From NCBI GenBank assembly GCA_963662585.1, contig OY759729.1, positions 1,280,001 through 1,344,000 of the forward strand: a DNA stretch of 64,000 bases, read 5' to 3'. Below the pieces are notes generated by a model. That model did no database searches and was not told the DNA's origin. It saw nothing but the letters and a program-made list of their open reading frames with translations. The stretch is from Candidatus Cloacimonadales bacterium (GTDB lineage: Bacteria; Cloacimonadota; Cloacimonadia; Cloacimonadales; JAFGVF01). Of this stretch, positions 24,531 to 34,233 are shown in pieces. The number at the start of each line of letters is the position of its first letter. Position 1 is the stretch's first letter. The position numbers and the translations under genes were made by a program.

Positions 24531-24842
24531 AGGCCAAAGCTTTAGCGACACCTCAAGGTAGCCACAAAGGGTCTTTCGATCTTTCTTAAATCACTGTGGG
24601 AAAATATCCCCAAGTGTGAAATAGATTAAACACAGATAGTGTAATAGAACTTTAGTGAAGAGTGCAGATTATTCTAGCAAAATAGCTTACATAATTTTGA
24701 CGCATATAATATATATATTCGGAGAAATTATGGAAGTTACTTTTGCAGAACAATATAGGGCTAATCACAAAGGTCTAGTGCATTATTTGGGTTAAAACAA
24801 TGATTGTAAAAAAACAGGTCAAATTATTTAGGGATGGACAAA

Positions 24843-24870
24843 AAAAATCCCCCTCTGCAGGGGGACAAAA
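24843..24870 (-). terminator. Intrinsic terminator after rpmB
   Basis: TCCCCC...GGGGGA hairpin followed by T-run on minus strand. Confidence 0.7.
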
Positions 24871-24920
24871 AGTAATTATTAAACTAAAAAATTAGTTCAA
24901 TTCTTTATAATAAATTAGAA

Positions 24921-25112
24921 TTATACAACTTTTTTAACTTTATTAGCTTTTAAGCAAGCTACGCAAATTTTAATAGTTTTAACTTCACCACTAATTTCTG
25001 CTCTAATTTTCTGAAGATTTGGATAAAATCTTCTTTTAGTTGCATTTAAAGCATGACTACGAAGGTTACCAACAATTGAACCTTTTCCGCATACATCGCA
25101 TACTCGTGACAT
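24921..25112 (-). CDS. rpmB: 50S ribosomal protein L28 (Zn-binding type)
   Basis: [24 protein letters not shown]. Confidence 0.96.
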   Translation of the reverse strand: MSRVCDVCGKGSIVGNLRSHALNATKRRFYPNLQKIRAEISGEVKTIKICVACLKANKVKKVV

Positions 25113-25222
25113 AATTCACCTTCCTCAATTTTTTCTATTTATGACAAAAGAATGATATACATATATTTTGGCAAGTATTTTGTGCATTTTTTTTCAAATA
25201 GATAATTCTGTCCAGAAAAAAA

Positions 25223-27070
25223 TTAAAATCGTCTTCTTTCTCCGAGCAAAATAATGTCTTTAAGATTCTTTTTAAAGTGAGCATTCATCCACTTTTTCTC
25301 AAATTCTTTATTCTGGACAATTTGAGCAATAGCTGATAATGATTTTAAATGAAGATTTCTTTCAGACATAGAACCAGCTAAGACAAAAATTGCTTTCACT
25401 TCAGTTTGTTCAGCTGAGAATTCAATTCCCTGCTGTGCTCTAATTAAGATAATTTCAAAGCTATCTTCTTTTTCAATAATCAAATGAGGAATAGCGACAA
25501 AAGGAGTTAAAGCAGTAGATGCTTGTTGTTCCCTGTCATGTAATTTCCTTAAGATATCTGCTTCAGAGATAGTCGTTCTTGCTTCTAAATTCTCTGCGAT
25601 TATAGTAAAAAGTTGATCCATAGATATTTTATCTTCAATATCAATGACTATAGATTTTTCAATTAATTGATCAAATTTATCTTTAGTAATATCATCTCTT
25701 TCATAAAGAATACTCTTTAATTCACCTTCTAAATTATAAGAAGTTAACTTTTTATTCATGACTCTTTCAATTAGATGAAGCAATGCATATTCATTATGAT
25801 CTTTCTTTCTTCCATAGAAATAATAGACAAAGAATCCGAAAATAATCAAGCCAAAACTTATCAAAATTGGATAAAGTCCCATATCAAAAATTAACATTAT
25901 AAAAGCGAATATCGCTAAAATCTGAGTCCAAGGATATAATGGAGCTTTAAATGAAGGACGGTAGTTCTGAATTTTACTTTCTCTCAAGATAATGACAGAA
26001 AGATTAGAAAGAATATAATTCATAATTACCACTGTTGAGGCTGCTTTAATAAGTATATCTAAGGGTAACATGATGGCAAAAACAATAAAAGTACCTGTAA
26101 TGAGTAAAGATGCTATAGGAGTTCCTAACTTAGGAGAAATGACACCTAAAAGTTTAGGCATAAGATTATCTCTACTCATAGCCATTGGATAACGAGAAGC
26201 AGACATAATTCCAGCATTTGCGGTAGTAATAAAAGCTAACATTGAGGCAATAAGAATCATATAAAAACCAAAATTACCTAAAAACAATTTAGCAGTTGTT
26301 GCAATTGGGGTCAAGTTATTGGGATCTTTTAAGATAGAAGAATTCTCAATACCTACTGTGACTATTAACATTCCAGTATATAAAATAATAGTTACTACCA
26401 AAGAAGAAATGAGTCCTAAGGGAATATTTCGCTTGGGATTTGATATTTCTTCAGACATGGAAGCAACTTTGATTAAGCCACCATAAGAGACAAATACAAA
26501 GCCTGCGGTAATAAGAACACCTTTTCCGCCATTGAAAGTAAATGGTTCGAAATGTTGAACTTGAATAGAGCTTATTCCACCAATAATATATATTAGCATT
26601 ATTGAAATTAAACCTATTACTAAGGCAACTTGAAATTTACCAGCCTCTTTTACTCCTGTAACATTTAGTGCCACAAAGAAAGCAGTTATCAACACACCAA
26701 TCAATGACCAAGTAGTTGGATTAAAATCTATAAATAGTTTTGCTACCGAAATTATTCCTATAATACCAAAAGCACTCTTCAAAGATAATGCAAACCAGCT
26801 TAGAAGACCTGAAATAGTACCAACAGGTGCACCCAAGCTTCTATTGATAAAGAAATAGTCTCCTCCAGCCTTAGGCATTGCCGTGGCTAGTTCTGAGACG
26901 CTTAAAACACCAGCAAAAGCCAATAAACCTGCAATAAAATATGAAACAAACTCAGAAGGTCCTGTCATTGCAAAAGCTAATCCTGGCAAGATAAAAATAC
27001 CCGAACTAATCATAGCACCCGTTGCGATGCTAAAAATTTCTGGGAGCTTAAGAGCTCTTTTCAGGGGCAC
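25223..27070 (-). CDS. APC-family amino acid permease fused to PTS EIIA domain
   Basis: GAMISSGIF, ELATAMPKAGGDY, SEEISNPKRNIP; C-terminal DREQQASTAL...AIPH. Confidence 0.9.
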   Translation of the reverse strand: MPLKRALKLPEIFSIATGAMISSGIFILPGLAFAMTGPSEFVSYFIAGLLAFAGVLSVSELATAMPKAGGDYFFINRSLGAPVGTISGLLSWFALSLKSAFGIIGIISVAKLFIDFNPTTWSLIGVLITAFFVALNVTGVKEAGKFQVALVIGLISIMLIYIIGGISSIQVQHFEPFTFNGGKGVLITAGFVFVSYGGLIKVASMSEEISNPKRNIPLGLISSLVVTIILYTGMLIVTVGIENSSILKDPNNLTPIATTAKLFLGNFGFYMILIASMLAFITTANAGIMSASRYPMAMSRDNLMPKLLGVISPKLGTPIASLLITGTFIVFAIMLPLDILIKAASTVVIMNYILSNLSVIILRESKIQNYRPSFKAPLYPWTQILAIFAFIMLIFDMGLYPILISFGLIIFGFFVYYFYGRKKDHNEYALLHLIERVMNKKLTSYNLEGELKSILYERDDITKDKFDQLIEKSIVIDIEDKISMDQLFTIIAENLEARTTISEADILRKLHDREQQASTALTPFVAIPHLIIEKEDSFEIILIRAQQGIEFSAEQTEVKAIFVLAGSMSERNLHLKSLSAIAQIVQNKEFEKKWMNAHFKKNLKDIILLGERRRF

Positions 27071-27491
27071 TGGACCTCCTATCTATAATTTCTACTTTTC
27101 TATAATCATCAATAATTTCGAAATATATTTCTATTCTCTCTTCTGTTATTAACTCTTCAGCAATTTGTGGCCATTCCACAAATACAATACCCTCATCTGT
27201 AAAGTCTGTTATACCTAATTCTAATATCTCTTCTGGACTTCCGAGTCTATATAAATCTAGATGAAAGACAGTAAATTCATTAGCATCATATTCATTAAGA
27301 AGCACATAGGAAGGACTGCTGACATAATCCATAACGCCAAGTTCACGACAGAATTCTGTAACAAAAAAAGTTTTACCTGCACCAAGTTCACCATAGAGAA
27401 AATAAATATCTCCTTTCTTAGCCTTTTGAGCAAGAGAGATGGCAAACTTTTTGCTTTCTTCTTCATTTCTTAAAATAAAATCTTGTTTCAT
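27048..27491 (-). CDS. tsaE: t6A biosynthesis ATPase TsaE
   Basis: GELGAGKT, SSPSY, HLDLYRL, VEW. Confidence 0.95.
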   Translation of the reverse strand: MKQDFILRNEEESKKFAISLAQKAKKGDIYFLYGELGAGKTFFVTEFCRELGVMDYVSSPSYVLLNEYDANEFTVFHLDLYRLGSPEEILELGITDFTDEGIVFVEWPQIAEELITEERIEIYFEIIDDYRKVEIIDRRSSAPEKSS

Positions 27492-27555
27492 TAATTCCCT
27501 TTGTTAATAAATATAGTGGTAGAAATACTTCCACCACTATATTTTCGTTACTAAT

Positions 27556-29115
27556 TTATTTTTTAGCTCTTCCAATCGATAAAGGCAGAATCATCTCTTG
27601 CATTGAGATGCCTCCATGTTGGAAAGTACCGTTAAATTTCTTTTGGTAAGTGTGATAAGAGTTTGGATAAACAAAATAGTAGTCTTCTTTAGCAAAGATA
27701 TAATTCTCCACAATATTCTTCACAGGTAAGCCTACAGCTTTAGGGTCTTTAACAAAATAGGCATGCTTAGTGTTAGTAGTAAGATTCTTTCCATCTTTAT
27801 ATCTTACGGTTTGAGAAGTATCTTTATCTCCAACTACTTGAGTTGCTCTATTAACTCTGATAGAGCCGTGATCAGTTGTGATAACGATATTGGCACCTTG
27901 CTTAGCAATCAACTTAAGTGCTTCATAAAGTGGAGAATGAATAAACCAATGTTTGGTAAAGTTTCTTAGAGCTTTTTCATCAGGAATTGTTTCTAAAAGA
28001 ATCTGATCTTTTGAACGGTGATGAGTAAGAAGATCCAAGAAGTTATACACTAAAACAACTAATTTATCATTTTGCCAGCTATCAATCTTTCTGATTACGA
28101 AGTTACCCTCTTCAATATTGAAAATCTTCACATACTTAGATGGAACATCAAGATTAACACCAATATCAGTTAGATGCTCATCCATCAATTGATGTTCATT
28201 TCTATTGCGACTATTATCCATATCAGATGAGTTGTCCCAATATTCAGGGAATCTTTTAGCAATATCAATTGGTAAAAGGCCACTAAAAATAGCGTTTCTG
28301 GAATAAGGAGTAGCTGTCGGAAGAATAGAGAAATAAAGTTTTAAATCTATATTAAATAGTTCTTTTAAATAAGGTTCAATAGCCAAATATTGGTCTAATC
28401 TTAGACAATCTAAAATTATAAAATAGGTTGGCTTATCTTCCTGTAAAAGAGGTTCAACATAAGAAGAAATAAGATCAAAGGAAAGGTCTGGTCGTTCATC
28501 AGAATTAATCCAGCCTTCATAGTTTTTTTCTACAAAATTAGTAAACTCACTATTGCAACTTTTCGTTTGAAGAAAATGCATCTGTTCTAAGCCTGTATCT
28601 TCAACCTCTGAAATTCTTAAATCCCATTGGCATAATTCTCTATAGATTTCGTACCAGTCTTTATAAGTAGGGTTAAAATTAATCACATCATTAATTCTAT
28701 TAACAAATTTGGTATATTGCTGTCCCAATTGACTTTGAATAATATTAGTAGAATCAAATATTTTTTTGATAGACATGATAATCTGGTTAGGGTTAATAGG
28801 CTTGATTAAATAGTCAGCAATTTGATTAGCAATTGCTAAATCCATGATTCCTTCAGCTTCACTTTTGGTTACCATAATGACTTTTAAATCGGAAGAAATT
28901 TTCTTAATCCTCTCCAATGTTTCTAATCCATCTAAACCCGGCATCATTTCGTCTAGTAAGACAAGATCAAAATTATCATCTTCCACCTTTTGAATGCCAT
29001 CCATACCATTAGAAGCAGTATCTACACTATACCCTTTTTTTTCTAAGAACATCACAAGCGGTTTAAGTAATTCAACTTCATCATCAATCCATAGTATTTT
29101 AAATTCTTTGTTCAT
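27556..29115 (-). CDS. porX: PorX-like response regulator (REC + PglZ/alkaline-phosphatase domain)
   Basis: ILWIDDE, LDEMMPG, DCLRLDQ, LPTATPYSRNAIF, TTDHG, FQHGGIS; adjacent to tsaE. Confidence 0.88.
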   Translation of the reverse strand: MNKEFKILWIDDEVELLKPLVMFLEKKGYSVDTASNGMDGIQKVEDDNFDLVLLDEMMPGLDGLETLERIKKISSDLKVIMVTKSEAEGIMDLAIANQIADYLIKPINPNQIIMSIKKIFDSTNIIQSQLGQQYTKFVNRINDVINFNPTYKDWYEIYRELCQWDLRISEVEDTGLEQMHFLQTKSCNSEFTNFVEKNYEGWINSDERPDLSFDLISSYVEPLLQEDKPTYFIILDCLRLDQYLAIEPYLKELFNIDLKLYFSILPTATPYSRNAIFSGLLPIDIAKRFPEYWDNSSDMDNSRNRNEHQLMDEHLTDIGVNLDVPSKYVKIFNIEEGNFVIRKIDSWQNDKLVVLVYNFLDLLTHHRSKDQILLETIPDEKALRNFTKHWFIHSPLYEALKLIAKQGANIVITTDHGSIRVNRATQVVGDKDTSQTVRYKDGKNLTTNTKHAYFVKDPKAVGLPVKNIVENYIFAKEDYYFVYPNSYHTYQKKFNGTFQHGGISMQEMILPLSIGRAKK

Positions 29116-29163
29116 ATAATCCTCTGATTTTGTTATAGTAAATACGCTTGAAACTGCAATTTC

Positions 29164-29790
29164 TTATAGATTATCTCCTTCTACTTGTTCCTCAAACTTT
29201 CTCTGTTTCTCCCTAATAGTGTCATTTACCTTTTCTAAATCACTATCTTGGAAAAAGAGAGCCAATTTGTAATTCAATTCTTTTCCAGAGCAATTAAAAT
29301 AACCTTTCATATTATCCAAAAACTGTTCTACAAAAACATCTTTTAAGGTTTTAGAATCTTCTCTTTTTTTATCATTAATCTCTTTAATCTTCTCTTTTAA
29401 ATCTTGATGAGTTAACTCTTCAGCTTGCTTAACCCATTCTTCCTGAACTTCATAAGTACTATCTTTAATGAGAGGTTTAATAAGGCTAAGTCTGTCCATA
29501 CCAATTTCTTTAACTGTTTCAGAATCCATATTCATATCTTTAATATAGATATCATAAACAGCAATCAATTTAGCAGCTAAGGTATTAGACATATTATACT
29601 CTGATTCTATAAATTCCTTAAAATTCTTATAGCCCTTAATCTTGAAAGTACGCATTCTTTTCATTTCTGATAATAATTCACCAAGGGCGACAAAGTCCTC
29701 TTCTAATCTATTTTTAATAGTTCCAATAGCTTTAAATCTTTCTTCAGGAGTTAAACGATCTTCTTGATTTGCATTAAATATTTCTGACAT
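29164..29790 (-). CDS. Hypothetical helical protein (resembles DUF3102 / plasmid-partition-type proteins)
   Basis: LGELLSEMK...GYKNFKEFIESE pattern; in operon between panB and porX. Confidence 0.6.
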   Translation of the reverse strand: MSEIFNANQEDRLTPEERFKAIGTIKNRLEEDFVALGELLSEMKRMRTFKIKGYKNFKEFIESEYNMSNTLAAKLIAVYDIYIKDMNMDSETVKEIGMDRLSLIKPLIKDSTYEVQEEWVKQAEELTHQDLKEKIKEINDKKREDSKTLKDVFVEQFLDNMKGYFNCSGKELNYKLALFFQDSDLEKVNDTIREKQRKFEEQVEGDNL

Positions 29791-29804
29791 ATTATATCCT
29801 TTTG

Positions 29805-30614
29805 TTATTTTTCTTCAATAGGGAAGTAAGTATGTTCTACTTTTGGGAAAGAACTATCTTTTACTTCTTGGGTGAATTGCATCAAAGCTTGTGGAATAAG
29901 GGTATCTAAATCAGCATAAGTTTTAACAAACTTAGCAATATAATCAGAGTTCCCTAAGATATCATGATAGACTAAAACCTGTCCATCAGTAAATCTACCA
30001 GCTCCAATCCCAATAGTTGGGATTTTAATAGTTTCACTAATTTCCTTAGCTAAGCCTTCAGGAACACCTTCTAAGACTAGCATAAAAGCACCTGCTTCAG
30101 TAACCTTAATTGCCTCAGCTAGAATCTCTTGATACTTTTCTTGAGTCTTTCCCTGCACCTTATATCCCCCAAACTTATTAACAGATTGAGGGGTAAGTCC
30201 AAGATGAGCCACTACAGGTATCTCACAGTCAACTATCGCTTTAATTGCTTCAATTCTGGAATCAGAGCCACCTTCTAATTTGACAGCATTTGCCATTCCT
30301 TGAGTAATTAAACGAGCTGCATTTCTTTTGGTCTCTTTTAAATCAAGATGATAAGACATAAATGGCATATCAGCTACAATAAAGGTATTAGGAGCACCCC
30401 TACGAACTGCTTTTGTATGATGAAGAATATCATCTAAAGTAACTTGCAGGGTATTTTCATAACCCAACACAACCATGCCCAAACTATCCCCTACTAAGAT
30501 AATATCTGCCTTACTTCTTTCTACCAATCTTCCTGAAGGATAGTCATAAGCAGTTATCATCACGATATTATCCCTATTTTGTTTCATCTTTTTGAATGAA
30601 TTTATATTTAACAT
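29805..30614 (-). CDS. panB: 3-methyl-2-oxobutanoate hydroxymethyltransferase
   Basis: TAYD, LVGDSLGM, ADMPF, VKLEGG, HLGLTPQ, IGIGAG. Confidence 0.97.
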   Translation of the reverse strand: MLNINSFKKMKQNRDNIVMITAYDYPSGRLVERSKADIILVGDSLGMVVLGYENTLQVTLDDILHHTKAVRRGAPNTFIVADMPFMSYHLDLKETKRNAARLITQGMANAVKLEGGSDSRIEAIKAIVDCEIPVVAHLGLTPQSVNKFGGYKVQGKTQEKYQEILAEAIKVTEAGAFMLVLEGVPEGLAKEISETIKIPTIGIGAGRFTDGQVLVYHDILGNSDYIAKFVKTYADLDTLIPQALMQFTQEVKDSSFPKVEHTYFPIEEK

Positions 30615-30623
30615 TATTTTTTA

Positions 30624-31493
30624 TTATTCTCCACTATTTCCTTCACTATCAGCTTCACCTTCAGTTGCTTCTGCATCGCTCTCTTCACGAGTAGTATCTC
30701 TTTCATATTGTAGATCAGATTTAAACTGTCCTTTATTAAAGAAAATATCATAGATAGTATCTCCGACTTCAGACCAAGCGATGAACCTTCCTGCCAGATA
30801 ACCATCTAAGAAGTTTGCCTGCATAGCATGAGTACCATCTTCATACCAAGCATAACTGGGTCCTGATAAAAGCCCATTTTTTATAGTTTTGTATTCACTA
30901 ATTTGTCCATTTTTAAAGGAAGAGTAGGCCCTTCCAGTGTAAAGTTCACCCTTATAATAATATAAGCTATCTAGCAGATCTAACTTCGCTAAGTCAAAGG
31001 TATTTTCAGGAAGTTTAAAATCATCAATTGAATCAAGGTCATAAGCATTTACATCGGCTAGAGTAACCACTTTAGTTTTTTTATCAGTTTCTTTGCCTGA
31101 AGCAGGATAATCACTTTTTGTTGGATTGTCTGGTGGATCAAGAATTAAGATCATAGTTTCCGTCAATCTTGAGTACTCTTGTAATTCAGTTAAACTAAGA
31201 TCGCCATCATCTAATGATTTAGTCATAGAATCTAACTCTGTAAGTAGGTCTGCAAAAGATGAATAATCAGTTAATCCAAAAACTTTGAAGCTAGCAGCCA
31301 CGGATGAGAAGCTGACTTCATCATTGTTTATAATACCTTGAATATCATATATATCTCTTGAAATCTTGGCAACTTCTTGAGCTTTTCTAATGTTATCTAC
31401 ACTATTTTGATCTAATCCTCTATCGCCTAAGTTTGAACAAGCTATAAGCAATAATTGAGAGATTATAATAAGAAATATAATTCTTTTTAGCAT
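30624..31493 (-). CDS. Lipoprotein with MORN-variant repeats
   Basis: Lipobox LIAC; YTG...NGQ, WYEDG repeats. Confidence 0.7.
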   Translation of the reverse strand: MLKRIIFLIIISQLLLIACSNLGDRGLDQNSVDNIRKAQEVAKISRDIYDIQGIINNDEVSFSSVAASFKVFGLTDYSSFADLLTELDSMTKSLDDGDLSLTELQEYSRLTETMILILDPPDNPTKSDYPASGKETDKKTKVVTLADVNAYDLDSIDDFKLPENTFDLAKLDLLDSLYYYKGELYTGRAYSSFKNGQISEYKTIKNGLLSGPSYAWYEDGTHAMQANFLDGYLAGRFIAWSEVGDTIYDIFFNKGQFKSDLQYERDTTREESDAEATEGEADSEGNSGE

Positions 31494-31591
31494 TGACTCC
31501 TCCTAATTGAGTTTCAATTTATTATTTTTAATAAAAGCCATACTAAAACAAAATAAGCTTTTTTAGTATTATTGACAATAAATATATTTTA

Positions 31592-32707
31592 TTAATCCAT
31601 CAAAGTATCTAATTTTGGCACCATTTCCATCATAAATTCATGATATCTATCTTCAAAAATTGCTTTTCTAGCTATTCCTACTAACTCTAAATAGAAGTGA
31701 AGACTATGAATAGTGGCCAATCTTAAACCTAATACTTCACCTGCATTAAAAAGATGCCTAATGTAAGCTCTGGAGAAGTTTCTACAGGCATAACAAGTAC
31801 ATTCTTCATCTATAGGGCGGGGATCAGCTTTATATCTTCCTGCTTTAATAATCAACTTTCCATTACGGGTAAAGATAGTTCCTTTCCGAGCATTGCGAGT
31901 AGGCATCACGCAGTCAAACATATCAACACCATTAGCAATATTAATTAAAATATCGCTTGGTGTACCGACTCCCATTAAATAACGGGGTTTATTCTCTGGA
32001 AGAATTGGATTGAGAAATTCTGTAACTTCAAACATATCCTTCTTATCTTCACCTACTGCTAAACCACCAATTGAATAACCAGGGAAATCCATCGCCATCA
32101 GAGCTTTGGCTGACTCTTCTCTAAGATCTTTGTGGACACCACCCTGAACAATACCAAAGAGTGCTTGTTTATCCGTAAACTTGTGATAATCCTGTCCTCT
32201 TTTAGCCCATTCTAGCGTTGTTTCTAATGATTTAGCTACATAATCTTTTGTAGCAGGATAAGGAGGACATTCATCAAATGACATTATTATATCTGCTCCG
32301 ATAGCATTCTGAATTTCTATTGCTCGCTCTGGAGTAAACATGTGATAAGAACCGTCTAAGTGAGACTGAAATCTTACGCCATCTTTAGTTATCTTTCTTA
32401 AACCTGCTAAACTCATTACTTGAAATCCACCACTATCTGTAAGTATTGGTCTATCCCAACCTATAAATTTATGTAAGCCACCAAACTTCTTTATTAATTC
32501 ATGACCAGGTCTCATATAGAGATGATAAGTGTTTCCGAGGATTATCTGAGCTTGAGTATCCTCTACTAATTCTTTAGGCGACATTGTCTTCACTGACCCG
32601 ATTGTACCAACCGGCATAAAGATTGGAGTTTTGATAACCCCGTGAGGTGTTGTGAATTGACCTGCTCTAGCACCAGCACTTTTTGCTTCTAGCGTATATT
32701 TAAAAAT
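31592..32707 (-). CDS. tgt: tRNA-guanine transglycosylase (probable ATT start)
   Basis: TDSGGFQ, DECP, GIVQGG, CxCxxC; conserved N-terminus (ARAG..TPHG..TPIFMPVGT) extends upstream of ATG 32617 to ATT at 32707 behind AAGGAG. Confidence 0.95.
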   Translation of the reverse strand: MFKYTLEAKSAGARAGQFTTPHGVIKTPIFMPVGTIGSVKTMSPKELVEDTQAQIILGNTYHLYMRPGHELIKKFGGLHKFIGWDRPILTDSGGFQVMSLAGLRKITKDGVRFQSHLDGSYHMFTPERAIEIQNAIGADIIMSFDECPPYPATKDYVAKSLETTLEWAKRGQDYHKFTDKQALFGIVQGGVHKDLREESAKALMAMDFPGYSIGGLAVGEDKKDMFEVTEFLNPILPENKPRYLMGVGTPSDILINIANGVDMFDCVMPTRNARKGTIFTRNGKLIIKAGRYKADPRPIDEECTCYACRNFSRAYIRHLFNAGEVLGLRLATIHSLHFYLELVGIARKAIFEDRYHEFMMEMVPKLDTLMD

Positions 32708-32720
32708 AATATTCTCCTTG

Positions 32721-34007
32721 TTAATTACTATTGTATCGAGATATTAAACCTTGGAAATCAGAATAGAAGGCATAAATCATTAATGATAAGAGTAAGAATA
32801 TACCCATTTGTTGCAGAACTAACTGAGTTTTCATAGTTAGTTTCTTACCTCTTATCCCTTCAAGGAAAGCAAACATGATATGTCCCCCATCTAAAACAGG
32901 AATAGGTAATAGATTCATTACCATTAAGACAATATTCAAGTAGGCAACAAACTGAAGTCCTCGAGAAATACCTTGTTTAACATAATCTCTTCCGGCAGAA
33001 AAAATCATTACCGGACCACCAATACTGTTCTTGAGTGATTTAGGCTTCTTAATCATTTGATAGAGACTCACATAATGCAGGGCAACTACAGAGCTAGTTG
33101 TTTTGAAACCAGTAATTATAGCTTGAGTAAAATTCAATCTTTCCTCATAATTAATAGGGAAATATTGGGTAATTCCAATTAGCTTTCTATCATCATTAGG
33201 TAATTCCATTTTAGAAAGTTCTTTATTAAGGACCTCACCATCTCTATCTATTACAAGCATTATGGATTCATCATTCTTACCAATCTCCTGATTCATCTCA
33301 TACCAGTCTTTGACCTCTACCCCATCTACCGATGTAATTTTATCGCCAGACTTAAGGCCAGAGTTGTAAGCAGGGCTTTTAGGCATTACTTCACCCACTA
33401 TAGGGAGAATTAAAGGTCTGATTTGAGAATAATCTGCCCAATCTGCTAATTTAACATCAGGAATAGATATCTCTTGAATCTTGCCATTTCTTTCAATTGT
33501 TAGGGTATTTCCTTCCCCATCTTTTAATTTAGATATAGCAGAATACCAGCCTTGGACGCTTTCTTGATTAACCTGAAGTACTTTATCTCCTTCCTTTAGA
33601 TAAGTATTAAGATAACTATTTACTTGATCAACTACTGGATAGTGGTCTGATACTTTTTGAGCAAACATAAAAGAGAGCATAAAAATTAGCAGAGCAAAAA
33701 TTAGGTTTGTGAAAGGACCTGCAAAAGCTATGATTGCTCGTTTCCACCAAGGAGAATTTAAAAAACTATCAGGGTCATCATCGCCAACTTCAGGATTATC
33801 ACCCTTCATTTTGACATAACCACCAAGTGGAATCCAAGAAAGGGAATATTCAACCCCACCCTTGATAAACTTAAAAATTGGCTTACCAAAGCCTATTGAG
33901 AATTTCTCAACTGTTATTCCGCACAATCGAGCAGCTATAAAATGACCACCTTCATGGACAGCAACAAGTAAACCTAAGACAATTAAGGCAATTAATATTG
34001 GAAACAA
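32721..34007 (-). CDS. rseP: RIP metalloprotease RseP
   Basis: HEGGH, PLGGYV, two PDZ domains, NLLPIPVLDGG. Confidence 0.95.
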   Translation of the reverse strand: MFPILIALIVLGLLVAVHEGGHFIAARLCGITVEKFSIGFGKPIFKFIKGGVEYSLSWIPLGGYVKMKGDNPEVGDDDPDSFLNSPWWKRAIIAFAGPFTNLIFALLIFMLSFMFAQKVSDHYPVVDQVNSYLNTYLKEGDKVLQVNQESVQGWYSAISKLKDGEGNTLTIERNGKIQEISIPDVKLADWADYSQIRPLILPIVGEVMPKSPAYNSGLKSGDKITSVDGVEVKDWYEMNQEIGKNDESIMLVIDRDGEVLNKELSKMELPNDDRKLIGITQYFPINYEERLNFTQAIITGFKTTSSVVALHYVSLYQMIKKPKSLKNSIGGPVMIFSAGRDYVKQGISRGLQFVAYLNIVLMVMNLLPIPVLDGGHIMFAFLEGIRGKKLTMKTQLVLQQMGIFLLLSLMIYAFYSDFQGLISRYNSN

Positions 34008-34233
34008 ATTCTTCTCCTATCTATTTTCATCTATTTCGGGTTGTTAATTTAGCCCTTTTTTTCGCGGGTTAAAAATTATCAGTTCCAAGCACCAAAACTA
34101 AAACTATCTCTTTTTTTGTCAAACTGAAAACATCTTTATATTTATTAATACTAAAATTAGTTAATAAAATAACTATTGACAGCTATATATTTATCTAACA
34201 TGTTTGTAAAAGTTATAAACTTAAGGAGCACAA

